From: Scenedesmus sp. PABB004
Lineage: Eukaryota
Direction of reading: 5' to 3'
Assembly: GCA_014905635.1 (NCBI GenBank)
Contig: JABVCE010000003.1
Coordinates: 496,001-560,000 of the forward strand
Length of the DNA stretch: 64,000 nt
Position numbers and translations under genes: made by a program. Under the pieces are notes generated by a model, which was not told where the DNA came from, did not search any database, and was given only the letters and a program-made list of their open reading frames with translations. Below, in pieces: positions 63,901 through 64,000 of this stretch. Every line of letters begins with the position of its first letter. Within the stretch, counting starts at the first letter, position 1.

Positions 63901-64000
63901 AGCTCATCGACGGCCGGCCGCTGGTGGTGCGGCTCAAGACCGAGCGCGGCATGCCCGGCGGCGGCGGCGGCCCGGGGCTCGGCCTCGGCCCGCCCGGCTT
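60903..64000 (+). CDS. SF1: Splicing factor 1 / branch-point-binding protein (plant type with RRM), 3' end outside window
   Basis: [32 protein letters not shown]2 ([52 protein letters not shown]), zinc knuckle [27 protein letters not shown] (KLFVSNL, RGYGFI). Confidence 0.97.
62221..62290 (+). repeat. AT-richer pentamer array (CTGAT/CTCAT/CTAAT/CTAGC) in an SF1 intron
   Basis: In-register pentamers at 62241-62290: TCCAT CCCAT CTGAT CTAGC CTCAT CTCAT CTGAT CTAGC CTCAT CTAAT, plus CTGAT at 62221 and 62235. Confidence 0.85.

Overview
This is eukaryotic nuclear DNA, extremely GC-rich (roughly 75-80% by eye), gene-dense and intron-rich. It is most consistent with a chlorophyte green alga, possibly Sphaeropleales-like (inferred from TGTAA poly(A) signals, intron style and gene content). 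Most long six-frame ORFs are artefacts of high GC and retained introns. Splicing by eye gives 18 protein-coding genes: ISWI remodeler (5' partial), a UBA-like/UBAP2L-GIP1-like protein, a small secreted Gly/Tyr-rich protein, a RING+DUF1232 protein, a Dicer-like gene, an FHA-RING ligase, an IDM1-type GNAT, an unknown secreted protein, an SDR epimerase/reductase, a SPRY...U-box ligase, a DUF627/DUF629-like zinc-finger protein, HISN3, NDUFS5, a coiled-coil protein, MKS1 fused to an Ig-like domain, a prolyl 4-hydroxylase, EFHB/CFAP21 and SF1/BBP (3' partial). The main signals are: (1) two adjacent long imperfect hairpins at about 7090-7412, each built from internally duplicated units, resembling a pri-miRNA cluster about 7.5 kb from the Dicer-like gene; (2) a very high rate of GC-AG introns (9 of 20 in ISWI, all AG|GCGCG); (3) an array of branch-point-like pentamers in an intron of the branch-point-binding protein gene; (4) unusual architectures (MKS1-Ig; SPRY/RKP with a UFD2-type U-box). 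Several 1-nt frameshifts in C/G runs look like assembly errors. All family assignments come from motif recognition by eye, not database searches, and exon boundaries are approximate where stated.
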